This document shows, piece after piece, positions 1 through 9,002 of a DNA stretch of 64,000 nt (position 1 is its first letter; the number at the start of each line of letters is the position of its first letter). A model generated the notes under the pieces. That model saw only the letters and a list, made by a program, of their open reading frames with translations, was not told the origin of the DNA and made no database searches. Where the stretch lies: contig JACROC010000005.1 in NCBI GenBank assembly GCA_016214655.1, forward strand, positions 131,078 through 195,077. The letters are read 5' to 3'. This DNA is from Candidatus Harrisonbacteria bacterium (GTDB taxonomy: Bacteria > Patescibacteriota > Minisyncoccia > UBA6257 > 02-FULL-45-10c). The position numbers and the translations under genes are program-made.

Positions 1-1054
1 CTAAGGCGCCGTGGAGCAAAAATAAGAAACGGAACAGCTAGCTGAATGAAAAACATTACCAATACCGATGATCTTTGGAACCATTCCGGCAATTGATGAG
101 CATACCAAGCTAGAATAGTAGGCAGGGGCTGAGTTTGATAATGATAGTTCAGAGCAGTTAAATTCCGCCAACTCGGATCACCACTCAATAATTTTACCGC
201 CCCCGATAAAAATATGAATTTAAACAATAATAGACGGAAAAGCCAGGTAACCGAAACCGAATAACTGAGTAAAATCGCTAAAAATCCGACTTCCAAAAGC
301 AAAATATCCCATTGATAAGACATAAAAATTTGACCTACTGGAACCAGCGACAAATAACTTAAAAACAAAACCAGCAAGGCCAGTTTTTCCCAAAATCCGG
401 TTATCAATACTAGAGAAAAAACCGCTCCAATAATACTTACAGCGACTAACAGCCAATCACCAGCATTCAGCCAAAAAATTGTCGGAGCCAGCCAATAGCC
501 CTCCAAACCGAAACGCTGCTGTATAATTTCTAAAAAAGAATTGGCCGGTAAAATGCCGCCTGCGCCGATTAATCCCAAAATCTGCCAGCCAAAAGAAACA
601 AAAGCGATTAAATAAATTACCCCAAAAATTCTCAAGAAAAGCCAGCGAACCAAAAAATACGTTGGCGGCTTAATTTCCTTACCCCAGAACCAGCGGGTTA
701 TTCTATAAAAGAATGCGCGGCGTCTAGAAATAAAATTATAAGCCAGTTCAGAAATCCAGGAGAATCCCGGCAAATAATTGTACAACCAGAGGATCCAGCT
801 TTTTTTACGGTTAACCGCCAAGGCGCGAAAAACCGCCTCGGCTCCCGCAAAAACTTCTCCGCCAGGCATTATTAAAATAACCGATTTTTGAAATTCTTCT
901 TTGGGTATGGCCGGAAATTTATCCGCTACCTCTTGAAAGGGTACATAAACTACTTTTGAGCCAGTCAAAACTTTCCAGTGATCAATCCAAATTCGGCAGA
1001 AGGCGCAATCGCCGTCATATATCAAAAATGGCTTGTCCAATTTCTTAATCTCCA
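1..1054 (-). CDS. Partial CDS: N-terminal DCC-family thiol-disulfide oxidoreductase domain (DUF393, YDGDCAFC) fused to an HTTM / vitamin-K-carboxylase-like polytopic membrane domain. Start ATG at 1054-1052; the gene runs off the left edge of the window.
   Basis: Translated by hand from the minus strand: MEIKKLDKPFLIYDGDCAFCRIWIDHW... followed by long hydrophobic segments. I met no in-frame stop before position 1. It is absent from the ORF track because it has no stop inside the window. Confidence 0.5.
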
Positions 1055-1065
1055 TAATAACTATT

Positions 1066-1093
1066 TTAACAAAAAAAATTTATATGGTATAAT
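1066..1093 (+). promoter_or_regulatory. Sigma70-like promoter for the cupredoxin gene: -35 TTAACA (1066-1071), 16-nt spacer, extended -10 TGGTATAAT (1085-1093).
   Basis: Consensus-like hexamers read directly, about 50 nt upstream of the ATG at 1143. Confidence 0.5.
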
Positions 1094-1142
1094 AGCCGTA
1101 TAGTCGCAAATTATAAATTACATTTAATTAACCAACAAGAAT

Positions 1143-1535
1143 ATGAGTAAAAAATTGCTTTGGGGTATTTTAGCTTTAATAGTATTATTAGTTGCAGTTT
1201 TCTTAATTCGCCGCCAGCAGCCAACTGAAACCCCTGCTACAACGGCCACGACTGCCCCATCTGCCCAAAGGATAACTGTTACCTATGAAAATAATGCCTT
1301 TAATCCGCCTGAAGTAAAAATCAAGGTTGGTGATACTGTTATATTCGACAACCAGCACTCAGTTGCTATCCGGGTATCATCTGATCCGCACCCAATCCAT
1401 ACCAGTTTCCCAGAATTAGAATCCGATACTCTTGAACCGGGAAATACTTATCAGTTGACATTTACAAAGCCCGGAACCGTAAACTATCATAATCATTTAA
1501 ATCCAAAAGCTGGGGGTAAAATTATAGTGGAGTAG
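1143..1535 (+). CDS. Membrane-anchored cupredoxin-like (plastocyanin/amicyanin-fold) protein.
   Basis: N-terminal transmembrane anchor. C-terminal region has beta-sandwich-like His/Asn-rich motifs (HTSFPE...NYHNHLNPKAGGKIIV). It lies within the copper-related neighbourhood. Confidence 0.5.
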   Translation: MSKKLLWGILALIVLLVAVFLIRRQQPTETPATTATTAPSAQRITVTYENNAFNPPEVKIKVGDTVIFDNQHSVAIRVSSDPHPIHTSFPELESDTLEPGNTYQLTFTKPGTVNYHNHLNPKAGGKIIVE

Positions 1536-1538
1536 GTC

Positions 1539-1565
1539 AAAAATCCGCCTAAGGCGGATTTTTGA
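1539..1565. terminator. Bidirectional rho-independent terminator (stem ATCCGCC / GGCGGAT flanked by A and T runs).
   Basis: Sequence aaaaatccgccttaggcggattttt sits between convergent genes. Confidence 0.6.
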
Positions 1566-1569
1566 TTTA

Positions 1570-1938
1570 TTAAACTAACTCTTTTTTCTTCTCCTCAAAT
1601 TCTTTCTTATCAATTTCTCCCTTAACATAACGCTCCTTTAAAATATTTAGCGCTGACTGGCTACCCATTTCTTTCCATGGTTCTGTGCGCCACAACCATT
1701 TTGCAAACCAAACAACAGCGGCAATTACCAATACCCACCAAGCAACCATCAATATAAAACCAAAAACTCCCATCCCCCAGCCGAACCCGCTATCCCCGTA
1801 TCCGGGATAACCATATCCCCACATATAACGCATCATAGATTTAGAATTAATAATTAATAATTGACCTTTAATCATATTATAGCAGAATATGCTATAATTA
1901 ATATGGTCGAAGAAGTTTAATAAATCATATATGAACAA
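1570..1938 (-). CDS. Membrane protein with a C-terminal SHOCT domain.
   Basis: Hydrophobic core plus the C-terminal motif ILKERYVKGEIDKKEFEEKKKEL typical of SHOCT. Confidence 0.45.
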   Translation of the reverse strand: MFIYDLLNFFDHINYSIFCYNMIKGQLLIINSKSMMRYMWGYGYPGYGDSGFGWGMGVFGFILMVAWWVLVIAAVVWFAKWLWRTEPWKEMGSQSALNILKERYVKGEIDKKEFEEKKKELV

Positions 1939-2131
1939 AAGAAAAGTTTTAGGTTTAATAGTTACTTTTTTTGGTCTAATAATGGTAGGCGGAGCGGCAC
2001 AAAGCGGTTATGGATTAGTTGCGCCATTGAGCATGTCCCTGATAGTCCTTGCCGGCTTGGCAATGATGTTTTGGGATAAAGTAAGCACCTGGATGGGCAG
2101 CGACCAATCACAAAAACCACCAATGCAGTAA
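1931..2131 (+). CDS. Small two-transmembrane membrane protein (hypothetical).
   Basis: 66-aa ORF with two hydrophobic helices. Confidence 0.3.
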   Translation: MNKRKVLGLIVTFFGLIMVGGAAQSGYGLVAPLSMSLIVLAGLAMMFWDKVSTWMGSDQSQKPPMQ

Positions 2132-2170
2132 TGAATAAAAACACTCCCTAGAGGAGTGTTTTTATTTCTG

Positions 2171-3769
2171 TTATTGTCCCGAAAGAACCCACTTCTTCCA
2201 CACCGCCTCTGCAGGTTTATTACGGATACTCGCCCCCAAATCGTTATAACGCACTGGCGTATACTCTGGTCCCATAAAATCATCCCACGCAAAAAATTGG
2301 GTTACCACGCCGGCAAAAGAAGTTCGTCCGGCTAGCGCCTGGAAAAACGCTTCGTAAGCATCAGCTTGCTCTTGCCAATTACGTTTGTATCCAGCTTGTT
2401 CAACCTCGATATAGTCCGCAAATTCCATGCCAGATTTCCCACTCGTGGCACCGTCATAACTCCCTGCTCCAACCTTCAAAAATATCGGCTTTTTGTAAGA
2501 TGCTAGATTCGCCTCAACTTGATTTAAAGCCCCTATCCATGCCTGGCGCATTTCAAGTATTGAGGCGTTAGGTCGTACTCTTATCCCAATAGAATAATAG
2601 AGTCCATCTACTACATCTCTAAATTTGGGATTTCCATCAAAATAAATTTTCCCTTTGTATACCTCGCGAATTGCCGTGATAATTTCTAGCCACTTTGCAT
2701 CAGCATAATCATTCAGCGGATCAACGGTTGGCGGCCTATAATGAGGATTAAGGTCAAAAGCGTCTATGCCAGCATTTTCTGCTCTTTTGGCCCAATCTAC
2801 CAAAACATTTTTCAACTGCCCGAAATACCTATCAAGCCATTCTTTCGTTTTTGACTCATATCTACCAAAATCTGTCCCCGCTCGGTTTTCTGCCGTGTTT
2901 CCTCCAGATCCCCTCGCCGCAAATGGATTAGGAGTAATATTAATATATTTTGTATAGTCAGCCCCCATATTGTAATAAAGCGTAGTTTTAAGTCCGTATT
3001 TTCGAGCCGTTTGCGCAATCATTTCCATTTCATCCGCGGTAATTGCGCCGTCACGCCCATATTTATGCTTCAACTGACCCCAAATAAATGTAGGCATTGG
3101 CGGATCTTCCTGAACAACAAAATTATCTTTATCGCCAAGCATTTCAATAAAACTATAAACACCGATTTCTTTACCACCCAAATCACGAATTCGCGCCATC
3201 GCAGAATCTAAATTCTTTCGAGTATCTTCAAAAAATTGAAAATTATAATTAATTGACCAGGTATCGTACATTTCAACACTGGGGAATAAAGCTTTTGAAA
3301 TAAACGGTATTTTCAGATCGCTCCAAGCTGACACATAATCATATATAGTTTTTTCAAACCATTTTACTTTGAGCTGTTTTTCTTCTGAAACAGAATTTTC
3401 ATTTTTTCGTAAATAGCGATAAACAAGATCTTCGCCAGTCGTAACTGGAACTGGAACTTCAAAAGTCGTACTATTTACTCGCTTCATTTCCGCCGGTTCT
3501 CTACCTTTAATTACTAGAAAGATTTTATCGGCAAGAGGAGTATTATACGGCACCGTTGTCCAAAAACTTAGCTTTGCCGGCTTCCCGACTGGCGCCTTAT
3601 CAAGCTTAGAAAACTCACAGACTTGCCGCGCCTGGGGGATTGGTAAAACCCCGCAGCTTGGCGGCCATACGTCAAAACGGATAGCCAAATACCCGAAAAA
3701 TATAAATATCAAAACCGGGCTAAGAAGAATCAGTGCCCAGCTTAATAAATTTAATAAGATTTTTTTCAT
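2171..3769 (-). CDS. Secreted or membrane-anchored protein, putative TIM-barrel glycoside-hydrolase-like. Likely start is MKKILL at 3769, not the upstream Met at 3847.
   Basis: N-terminal signal anchor and a long soluble domain. The start codon overlaps the stop of the upstream DoxX gene as ATGA, which supports the start at 3769. Confidence 0.35.
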   Translation of the reverse strand: MKKILLNLLSWALILLSPVLIFIFFGYLAIRFDVWPPSCGVLPIPQARQVCEFSKLDKAPVGKPAKLSFWTTVPYNTPLADKIFLVIKGREPAEMKRVNSTTFEVPVPVTTGEDLVYRYLRKNENSVSEEKQLKVKWFEKTIYDYVSAWSDLKIPFISKALFPSVEMYDTWSINYNFQFFEDTRKNLDSAMARIRDLGGKEIGVYSFIEMLGDKDNFVVQEDPPMPTFIWGQLKHKYGRDGAITADEMEMIAQTARKYGLKTTLYYNMGADYTKYINITPNPFAARGSGGNTAENRAGTDFGRYESKTKEWLDRYFGQLKNVLVDWAKRAENAGIDAFDLNPHYRPPTVDPLNDYADAKWLEIITAIREVYKGKIYFDGNPKFRDVVDGLYYSIGIRVRPNASILEMRQAWIGALNQVEANLASYKKPIFLKVGAGSYDGATSGKSGMEFADYIEVEQAGYKRNWQEQADAYEAFFQALAGRTSFAGVVTQFFAWDDFMGPEYTPVRYNDLGASIRNKPAEAVWKKWVLSGQ

Positions 3770-4152
3770 TTCCAAAGCCATTCTTTCCAATCTTTCGGCC
3801 AGCCGATGAACAGAAGCAGTGCAAGCGGAGCACCCCAATTTGCCCATCGTTCAACGAAATCCCAAACAGGCATTCCCACCAACGGACGCAAAAGCGCAGT
3901 CCAAAAACCCCAAAGAGTCATCCACAGAAGTGCAAGCGGCACTGGTCTAACTAAAACTAGAATTGCCAGCAAAACATCCATGACGCCAATCCAAAATAAT
4001 AAAGTTCCGGCAGTACCAGGATCCGCAACGCCAAATTGCGCAAACCAGCCAATCCAGTCTTTTTTGCCCTGCAAAGCAAACACGCCGTGACCTAAAAATT
4101 CTCCGGCCACAGCAACGCGTAATACCCACTCTGCCTTTTTGAATGAATCCAT
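3766..4152 (-). CDS. DoxX-family membrane protein.
   Basis: About 128 aa with four TM helices and DoxX-like composition. A TGATATAAT extended -10 lies about 40 nt upstream at roughly 4188-4197 on the minus strand. Confidence 0.5.
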   Translation of the reverse strand: MDSFKKAEWVLRVAVAGEFLGHGVFALQGKKDWIGWFAQFGVADPGTAGTLLFWIGVMDVLLAILVLVRPVPLALLWMTLWGFWTALLRPLVGMPVWDFVERWANWGAPLALLLFIGWPKDWKEWLWK

Positions 4153-4349
4153 GATTAAAAAATTGATTAATAATTTGTGACCTTTTATTATATTATATCA
4201 CTTTATTAAAAAAAATTCTCATCCCCAATAAGAACAAAATAATTGAGGTAATTGCAGAAAGCAGGCAATAAAGACAAAGCGCTTTTAATATAAAAACTTG
4301 TACAAAGACAAACTACAAAGATACAAGAAAACCGGCCATGGTTACGTCT

Positions 4350-6596
4350 TTATAATCGATGCCTACGGAGAAGAATAGCGTTGACGGCTACAATAACCGT
4401 TGAAAGCGACATAAAAACTGCGGAAATCGCCGGCTGAAGCAGAATACCTTTTGATACCAAAACTCCGGCCGCCAATGGCAAAGCTATAAGATTATAACCG
4501 GTAGCCCAAAAAAGATTTTGGATCATTTTATTATAGGTCAGACGGGAAAGTTTAATAATTTTTACGATATCCCGGGGGTCATTTCTCACTAGAATAATCC
4601 CTGCCGATTCAATCGCCACATTAGTACCGGCGCCGATTGCTATTCCCAAATCCGCCTGAGTAAGAGCCGGGGCATCATTAATGCCGTCGCCAACCATAGC
4701 AACTTTTAAAGCACGCGATTGAAGCCGCTTAACTCGATCAACCTTATCTTCCGGAAGCACCCTGGCAAAATATTCGTCTATCTGCAATTCATTGGCCACC
4801 CAATGCGCAACTTCTTCGGAATCACCGGTAAGCATTGCCGTTCTTACTCCCAAATTTTTTAATTCTTTGACTGCTTCTTTGGATTCTTCCCGGATTATAT
4901 CCGCCAGCACAATAACGCCAGCCGGCTGATCTCCGATTATTACATAATTAATCGTTTTGCCTTGCCGGGCTAAATCCAAAATCTGAGATTTCAATTCCTC
5001 CGGAATTTCCGCTTTAAACTCTTTTAAAATCTTTTCTCCGCCAACCGCCACTGTAATACTCTTCACCACCCCCCTGACGCCCTTACCCGGCAATCTCTCA
5101 AAATTTTCTACCGGCAATAATTCCACCCCCAATCTCTCAGCTTCTTTGACTATCGCCTTACTGGCAAAATGCTCAGACCGATTATCCACTGAAGCGGCGA
5201 ATTGCAGCAACTGGTATCCGGCAGCCGGAATATCCGTCCTCCTGGGCATAGTAAATTGCGACAAAGCAAATTTAAATATAGGAAACTGCGGATTGGGAAT
5301 TATTTTATCTATGCCATACTCGCCCCTGGTAAGAGTTCCGGTTTTATCAAAAAGCACGACATCAATCTTACGGGCGGCTTCCAGCGCCAGTCTTTGCCGC
5401 ACCAACAATCCATTTTGCGCGGATTTTGTGGTAGATATGGAAGCCACCAGCGGAACAGCGAGGCCCAAAGCATGCGGACAGGCGATTACCAGCACGGCAA
5501 CAAAACGCTCTAAGGCGAAAATCGCTCCCGCCCCGACGAAAATCCAATACCAAAAAGAGGATAGTCCGCTGACAATCGCTATAATAGTCAGATAGAATGC
5601 GGCGCGGTCGGATAAAATTTGAATACGCGATTTAGACGCTTGCGCTTCTTCCACCAATCTCATAACTCCGGATAAAAATGTATTTTCTCCTATTTTAGTT
5701 ATCCGTACCTTGAGGCTGCCGTCGCCATTGATGGTTCCGGCAATTACTTCGTCATTTTTTTTCTTTGCAACCGGCTTGGATTCACCGGTAACCATGGCTT
5801 CATTAATGTCCGAACTTCCATCAATTATCATCCCATCCGCCGGAATTTTTCCGCCAGGCCTGACCAAAACTACATTATCAACCCTCAATTCACTAATAGG
5901 AACGATCTTGGTTTTATCGTTCTTCATTAATATCTCCGCGGTATCCGGCAATAATTTAGAAAGTTCTTTAAGAGCGCGCTGCGCTCCCTGCACTGACCGC
6001 ATTTCTATCCAATGACCCAAAAGCATTATGGTAATCAAGCTTGTCAGCTCCCAGAACAAAGTGCTTGGCTCACCGGTAATGGTACCTAGCCGAATTAAAA
6101 GAATTTGTAAAACACTGTAAATATACGCCGCCCAGATTGCAATGCCAATCAAGGTCATCATCCCGGGAAGGCGTCCCTTAACCTCCAGCCATGCCCCGCG
6201 CGTAAATATCCAGCCGCCATAAAAAAATACAATTGTACTCAGGGCAAGCTGAATATAATCAGAACCGAGAAATGCCGGAGCTTGCCAACCCAAAAATCTT
6301 GCAGGAAGTTCCGAATAAAGCACTACCGGAATAGTCAGGGCTAAGCTAATCCAGAATTTCCGCAAAAACATCTGAGTACTGTGCCCAGCATGTTTGTCCG
6401 CAATAGATTCAGCATCGACGGATTTCCCTTCTTTTCTCTCTGCGGGTACCAGCTTCATTCCGCACTCCGGGCAAAGACCCGGTTTTTGCCGCTGAATCTC
6501 CGGATGCATCGGGCAGGTATAAATTATCCCCTCAGACACCTCTTTATCTTCATTCGCCATCTGATTATTTTTATTTTCCATATTGCAACAATCCAT
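4350..6596 (-). CDS. copB: Heavy-metal (copper) translocating P1B-type ATPase, CopB-like: CPH transmembrane motif and an N-terminal heavy-metal-binding domain (YTCPMHPE...CPECGMKL).
   Basis: DKTGTLT phosphorylation motif, CPH motif in TM6, GDGINDAP hinge and the TGES actuator-like region, plus 8 TM helices. Confidence 0.9.
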   Translation of the reverse strand: MDCCNMENKNNQMANEDKEVSEGIIYTCPMHPEIQRQKPGLCPECGMKLVPAERKEGKSVDAESIADKHAGHSTQMFLRKFWISLALTIPVVLYSELPARFLGWQAPAFLGSDYIQLALSTIVFFYGGWIFTRGAWLEVKGRLPGMMTLIGIAIWAAYIYSVLQILLIRLGTITGEPSTLFWELTSLITIMLLGHWIEMRSVQGAQRALKELSKLLPDTAEILMKNDKTKIVPISELRVDNVVLVRPGGKIPADGMIIDGSSDINEAMVTGESKPVAKKKNDEVIAGTINGDGSLKVRITKIGENTFLSGVMRLVEEAQASKSRIQILSDRAAFYLTIIAIVSGLSSFWYWIFVGAGAIFALERFVAVLVIACPHALGLAVPLVASISTTKSAQNGLLVRQRLALEAARKIDVVLFDKTGTLTRGEYGIDKIIPNPQFPIFKFALSQFTMPRRTDIPAAGYQLLQFAASVDNRSEHFASKAIVKEAERLGVELLPVENFERLPGKGVRGVVKSITVAVGGEKILKEFKAEIPEELKSQILDLARQGKTINYVIIGDQPAGVIVLADIIREESKEAVKELKNLGVRTAMLTGDSEEVAHWVANELQIDEYFARVLPEDKVDRVKRLQSRALKVAMVGDGINDAPALTQADLGIAIGAGTNVAIESAGIILVRNDPRDIVKIIKLSRLTYNKMIQNLFWATGYNLIALPLAAGVLVSKGILLQPAISAVFMSLSTVIVAVNAILLRRHRL

Positions 6597-6599
6597 ATA

Positions 6600-6869
6600 T
6601 TATTTTCGCTTTGAAAGTTTATAAATATCTAAAATCTCTTTCACTGACCTTGAAATGCTGCCCGACCTCATCTGATCCGCCGTATGCGTAGCAAGATGAT
6701 GCTCTAAAATCAGGTCCTCAATACCTGAAAGCGCCTGCTTTACCGCGGAAGATTGATGCAAGATCGTAACACAATATGCATCCTCATCGATCATTTTTTG
6801 AAGGCCGCGTATTTGCCCTTCAAGTATTTTTAATCTCCTCATGGCCCTTCTCTTTACCGCTTCTTTCAT
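6600..6869 (-). CDS. csoR: CsoR/RcnR-family metal-sensing transcriptional repressor (DUF156). Probable start is the ATG at 6869; the track's TTG at 6905 lies upstream of the promoter.
   Basis: [28 protein letters not shown]...LEHHL pattern with conserved Cys and His. Located directly upstream of copB. Confidence 0.75.
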   Translation of the reverse strand: [89 protein letters not shown]

Positions 6870-6875
6870 ATTCCC

Positions 6876-6905
6876 ATGATACCCTAGGGGGGTATTACTT
6901 GTCAA
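6876..6905 (-). promoter_or_regulatory. Promoter with an embedded CsoR-type operator: -35 TTGACA (6905-6900), 18-nt spacer, -10 TATCAT (6881-6876). Operator pseudo-palindrome ATACCC-TAGGG-GGGTAT at 6879-6895.
   Basis: The operator closely resembles the Bacillus subtilis copZA CsoR box (TACCCTACGGGGGTA). It is the only GC-rich palindrome in an AT-rich spacer. csoR is possibly leaderless. Confidence 0.55.
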
Positions 6906-6908
6906 GAC

Positions 6909-8123
6909 CTATTCATATCTTAATGCCTCCGCCGGTTCCATTTGAGCAGCTTGCCGAGCCGGCAACAAACCGGAAACTATACCGGTAATAAAAGTTATAA
7001 TTAAAATAACTAAAAATCCGAAGAGGTCTAAGGCGGCAAATGAAAATAATCCCCGAATACCAAATTGAGCTGCGATTAATCCGACCAAATAAGCTGCAGT
7101 CACACCTAAAATAATACCCAAAATTCCGCCAACTAAACCTATCATCCCGGACTCGATCAAAAAGAGCGACAGAATACTGTCGGAAGATGCGCCAATTGCT
7201 TTCATAACTCCTATTTGCTTTGTCCGTTCCAAAACCGCTGTGTACATCGTATTCATAATGCCGACAGCGCCAACTAATAACGAGATAAGGGCAATAACAA
7301 ACAGAACTGTTTCCACGATAGTTAAAACATCCCCGATAATATTGCCGATTTTCTCCGGAGTCAGCACAGAAAAATCTTCCACTGCTTTTTGCTGGCTTAA
7401 CTGAAATTCAATCTGCTTGGTAACTAAATCCGGATTAACACCCGGTTCAATTTTAATAGCGGCAGAAATAATCCCCGGCCGCGCACCAGTTAATTGACGG
7501 AACATATTTAAAGACGCATATACAACGTTATCCGCCATTTGCTCCCCAATCGGCGAAAGCACGCCCACCACCTTCATTCTTTTAGATTTTAAAATTATTT
7601 CCTCGCCAACTCTCATTTTATTTTTAAAAAGATCTTCCGCAATCCTATGGCCGATTACTACTTCATTGATATCTTCATTTTCCGGCCAGCGACCATCGTG
7701 TAATTTTAATCCCTGCGACTCTTCATAGATTAATTTATATTTACTCCATGGGGCACCGTGAATCATGACGGGTTTTTTCTCGCCTCGAAATTCGCTATTA
7801 ACAACCGCTATATCCATTGGCGCCACAAATCTGACGCCTCTTATATTCGCCAAAGCCAGGATATCCTGATCTCTGAATCTGGCTCCACCCACTAACGTAG
7901 CGACAGATTCTATAGGATTAGTAACCTTACCCGGACGGATAATAATTAAATCAGATCCAAACATTTGCAGGGTCTTAGCGATACTATTTTTAATTCCGGA
8001 ACTTAGGGAAAGTATAATAACTACCAGCATTATTCCGATAATAATGCCCAAAATCGTGAGCCAACCGCGGATCGGGCGGTAACGGATACTTTTTAAGGTT
8101 AAAGATAAAAATTTCTTTAGCAT
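6909..8123 (-). CDS. ABC transporter permease, MacB/FtsX-like.
   Basis: N-terminal TM helix, periplasmic domain and a C-terminal FtsX-like three-TM bundle. Co-operonic with the ABC ATPase and HlyD-like adaptor. Confidence 0.8.
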   Translation of the reverse strand: MLKKFLSLTLKSIRYRPIRGWLTILGIIIGIMLVVIILSLSSGIKNSIAKTLQMFGSDLIIIRPGKVTNPIESVATLVGGARFRDQDILALANIRGVRFVAPMDIAVVNSEFRGEKKPVMIHGAPWSKYKLIYEESQGLKLHDGRWPENEDINEVVIGHRIAEDLFKNKMRVGEEIILKSKRMKVVGVLSPIGEQMADNVVYASLNMFRQLTGARPGIISAAIKIEPGVNPDLVTKQIEFQLSQQKAVEDFSVLTPEKIGNIIGDVLTIVETVLFVIALISLLVGAVGIMNTMYTAVLERTKQIGVMKAIGASSDSILSLFLIESGMIGLVGGILGIILGVTAAYLVGLIAAQFGIRGLFSFAALDLFGFLVILIITFITGIVSGLLPARQAAQMEPAEALRYE

Positions 8124-8126
8124 AAA

Positions 8127-8984
8127 CTATTCGGTATAAATCTTTTGATGAACTTGGTGATTTCGCACTAAACGACCATCTTTTAAAGTAATGACTTGAT
8201 CCGCCTTTCCGGCAATATCTGCATCGTGAGTTATGATAATTAAAGTTTTTTTCTGAATTTTATTCAGATTAACCAGCATTTCTAAAATTTTATTGCCAGT
8301 TGCAGAATCCAAATTTCCAGTCGGCTCATCACCTAAAATTATTTTCGGGTCATTAGCCAAGGCCCGAAGCAACGCAGTCCGCTGCTGTTCGCCGCCAGAT
8401 AATTCAAAGGGGCGATGCGTCATCCGCTCCTTCAAGCCAGCCTCCCGGAAATTCGCCTCCAATCTGCTCTCATCAATCTTTGTCCCGGCAAATACCAGCG
8501 GCAAAATCACATTTTCATAAGCGGTCAGCCAGGGTATTAAATTATATTGTTGGAAAACAAAGCCAAAAACACTGGAACGAAGCTCAGCGCGTTCTTCATC
8601 CGAGAACAAAGAAATATCTTTTCCTTTAAAAAAAATTTTACCGGAAGTCGGGCGATCCAAGAGTCCAATCATATTCAAAGCTGTGCTTTTTCCGGAACCG
8701 CTGGCGCCAATGATAGAAACAAAATCTCCTTCCCAAACATGGAGATCCAATCCCTGCAATGCCATAGTTTCCGCCTTGCCGGTATTAAATACCTTCCACA
8801 CCGCACTTAGACGGATCAATGGTTCGCCCAGGAATTTTTCCGGATTTTTTTTAAACCGGCCCCCACATCCCCCGCTGCAAAAATAAACCGATTTCCCCTT
8901 ACGAATAATAGTAATAAGATCGGAAAATTCCGCGAGATCCATTCCGCAAACAGGATCAATTTTTTGATCAGACCATCCGCTCAT
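8127..8984 (-). CDS. ABC transporter ATP-binding protein with an N-terminal YHS/TRASH metal-binding domain.
   Basis: Walker A GASGSGKST, signature LSGGEQQR, Walker B ILGDEPTGNLD. N-terminus has CGM...YFCS..C (YHS-like). Confidence 0.85.
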   Translation of the reverse strand: MSGWSDQKIDPVCGMDLAEFSDLITIIRKGKSVYFCSGGCGGRFKKNPEKFLGEPLIRLSAVWKVFNTGKAETMALQGLDLHVWEGDFVSIIGASGSGKSTALNMIGLLDRPTSGKIFFKGKDISLFSDEERAELRSSVFGFVFQQYNLIPWLTAYENVILPLVFAGTKIDESRLEANFREAGLKERMTHRPFELSGGEQQRTALLRALANDPKIILGDEPTGNLDSATGNKILEMLVNLNKIQKKTLIIITHDADIAGKADQVITLKDGRLVRNHQVHQKIYTE

Positions 8985-9002
8985 AAATGAAATTTTTGTG
9001 TA

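Noticed and set aside
220-456. 78-aa minus-strand ORF from the track.
   Set aside because: It lies out of frame inside the much longer DCC-HTTM reading frame (1-1054, minus) and has no start signals. Low-complexity translation.
5146-6015. Several 100-150 aa ORFs on the plus strand inside copB, and similar antisense ORFs inside secA, the RT/target region (for example 42175-42690), mreB and proS.
   Set aside because: They are antisense to well-supported conserved genes. Their translations are low-complexity, Arg/Ser-rich or typical of GC-skewed antisense frames, and they lack RBS or promoter signals.
6870-6905. A longer CsoR N-terminus starting at the TTG at 6905 (MTSNTPLGYHGN...).
   Set aside because: That segment contains the promoter -35/-10 elements and the CsoR-type operator itself. 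The ATG at 6869 gives a typical ~89-aa CsoR.
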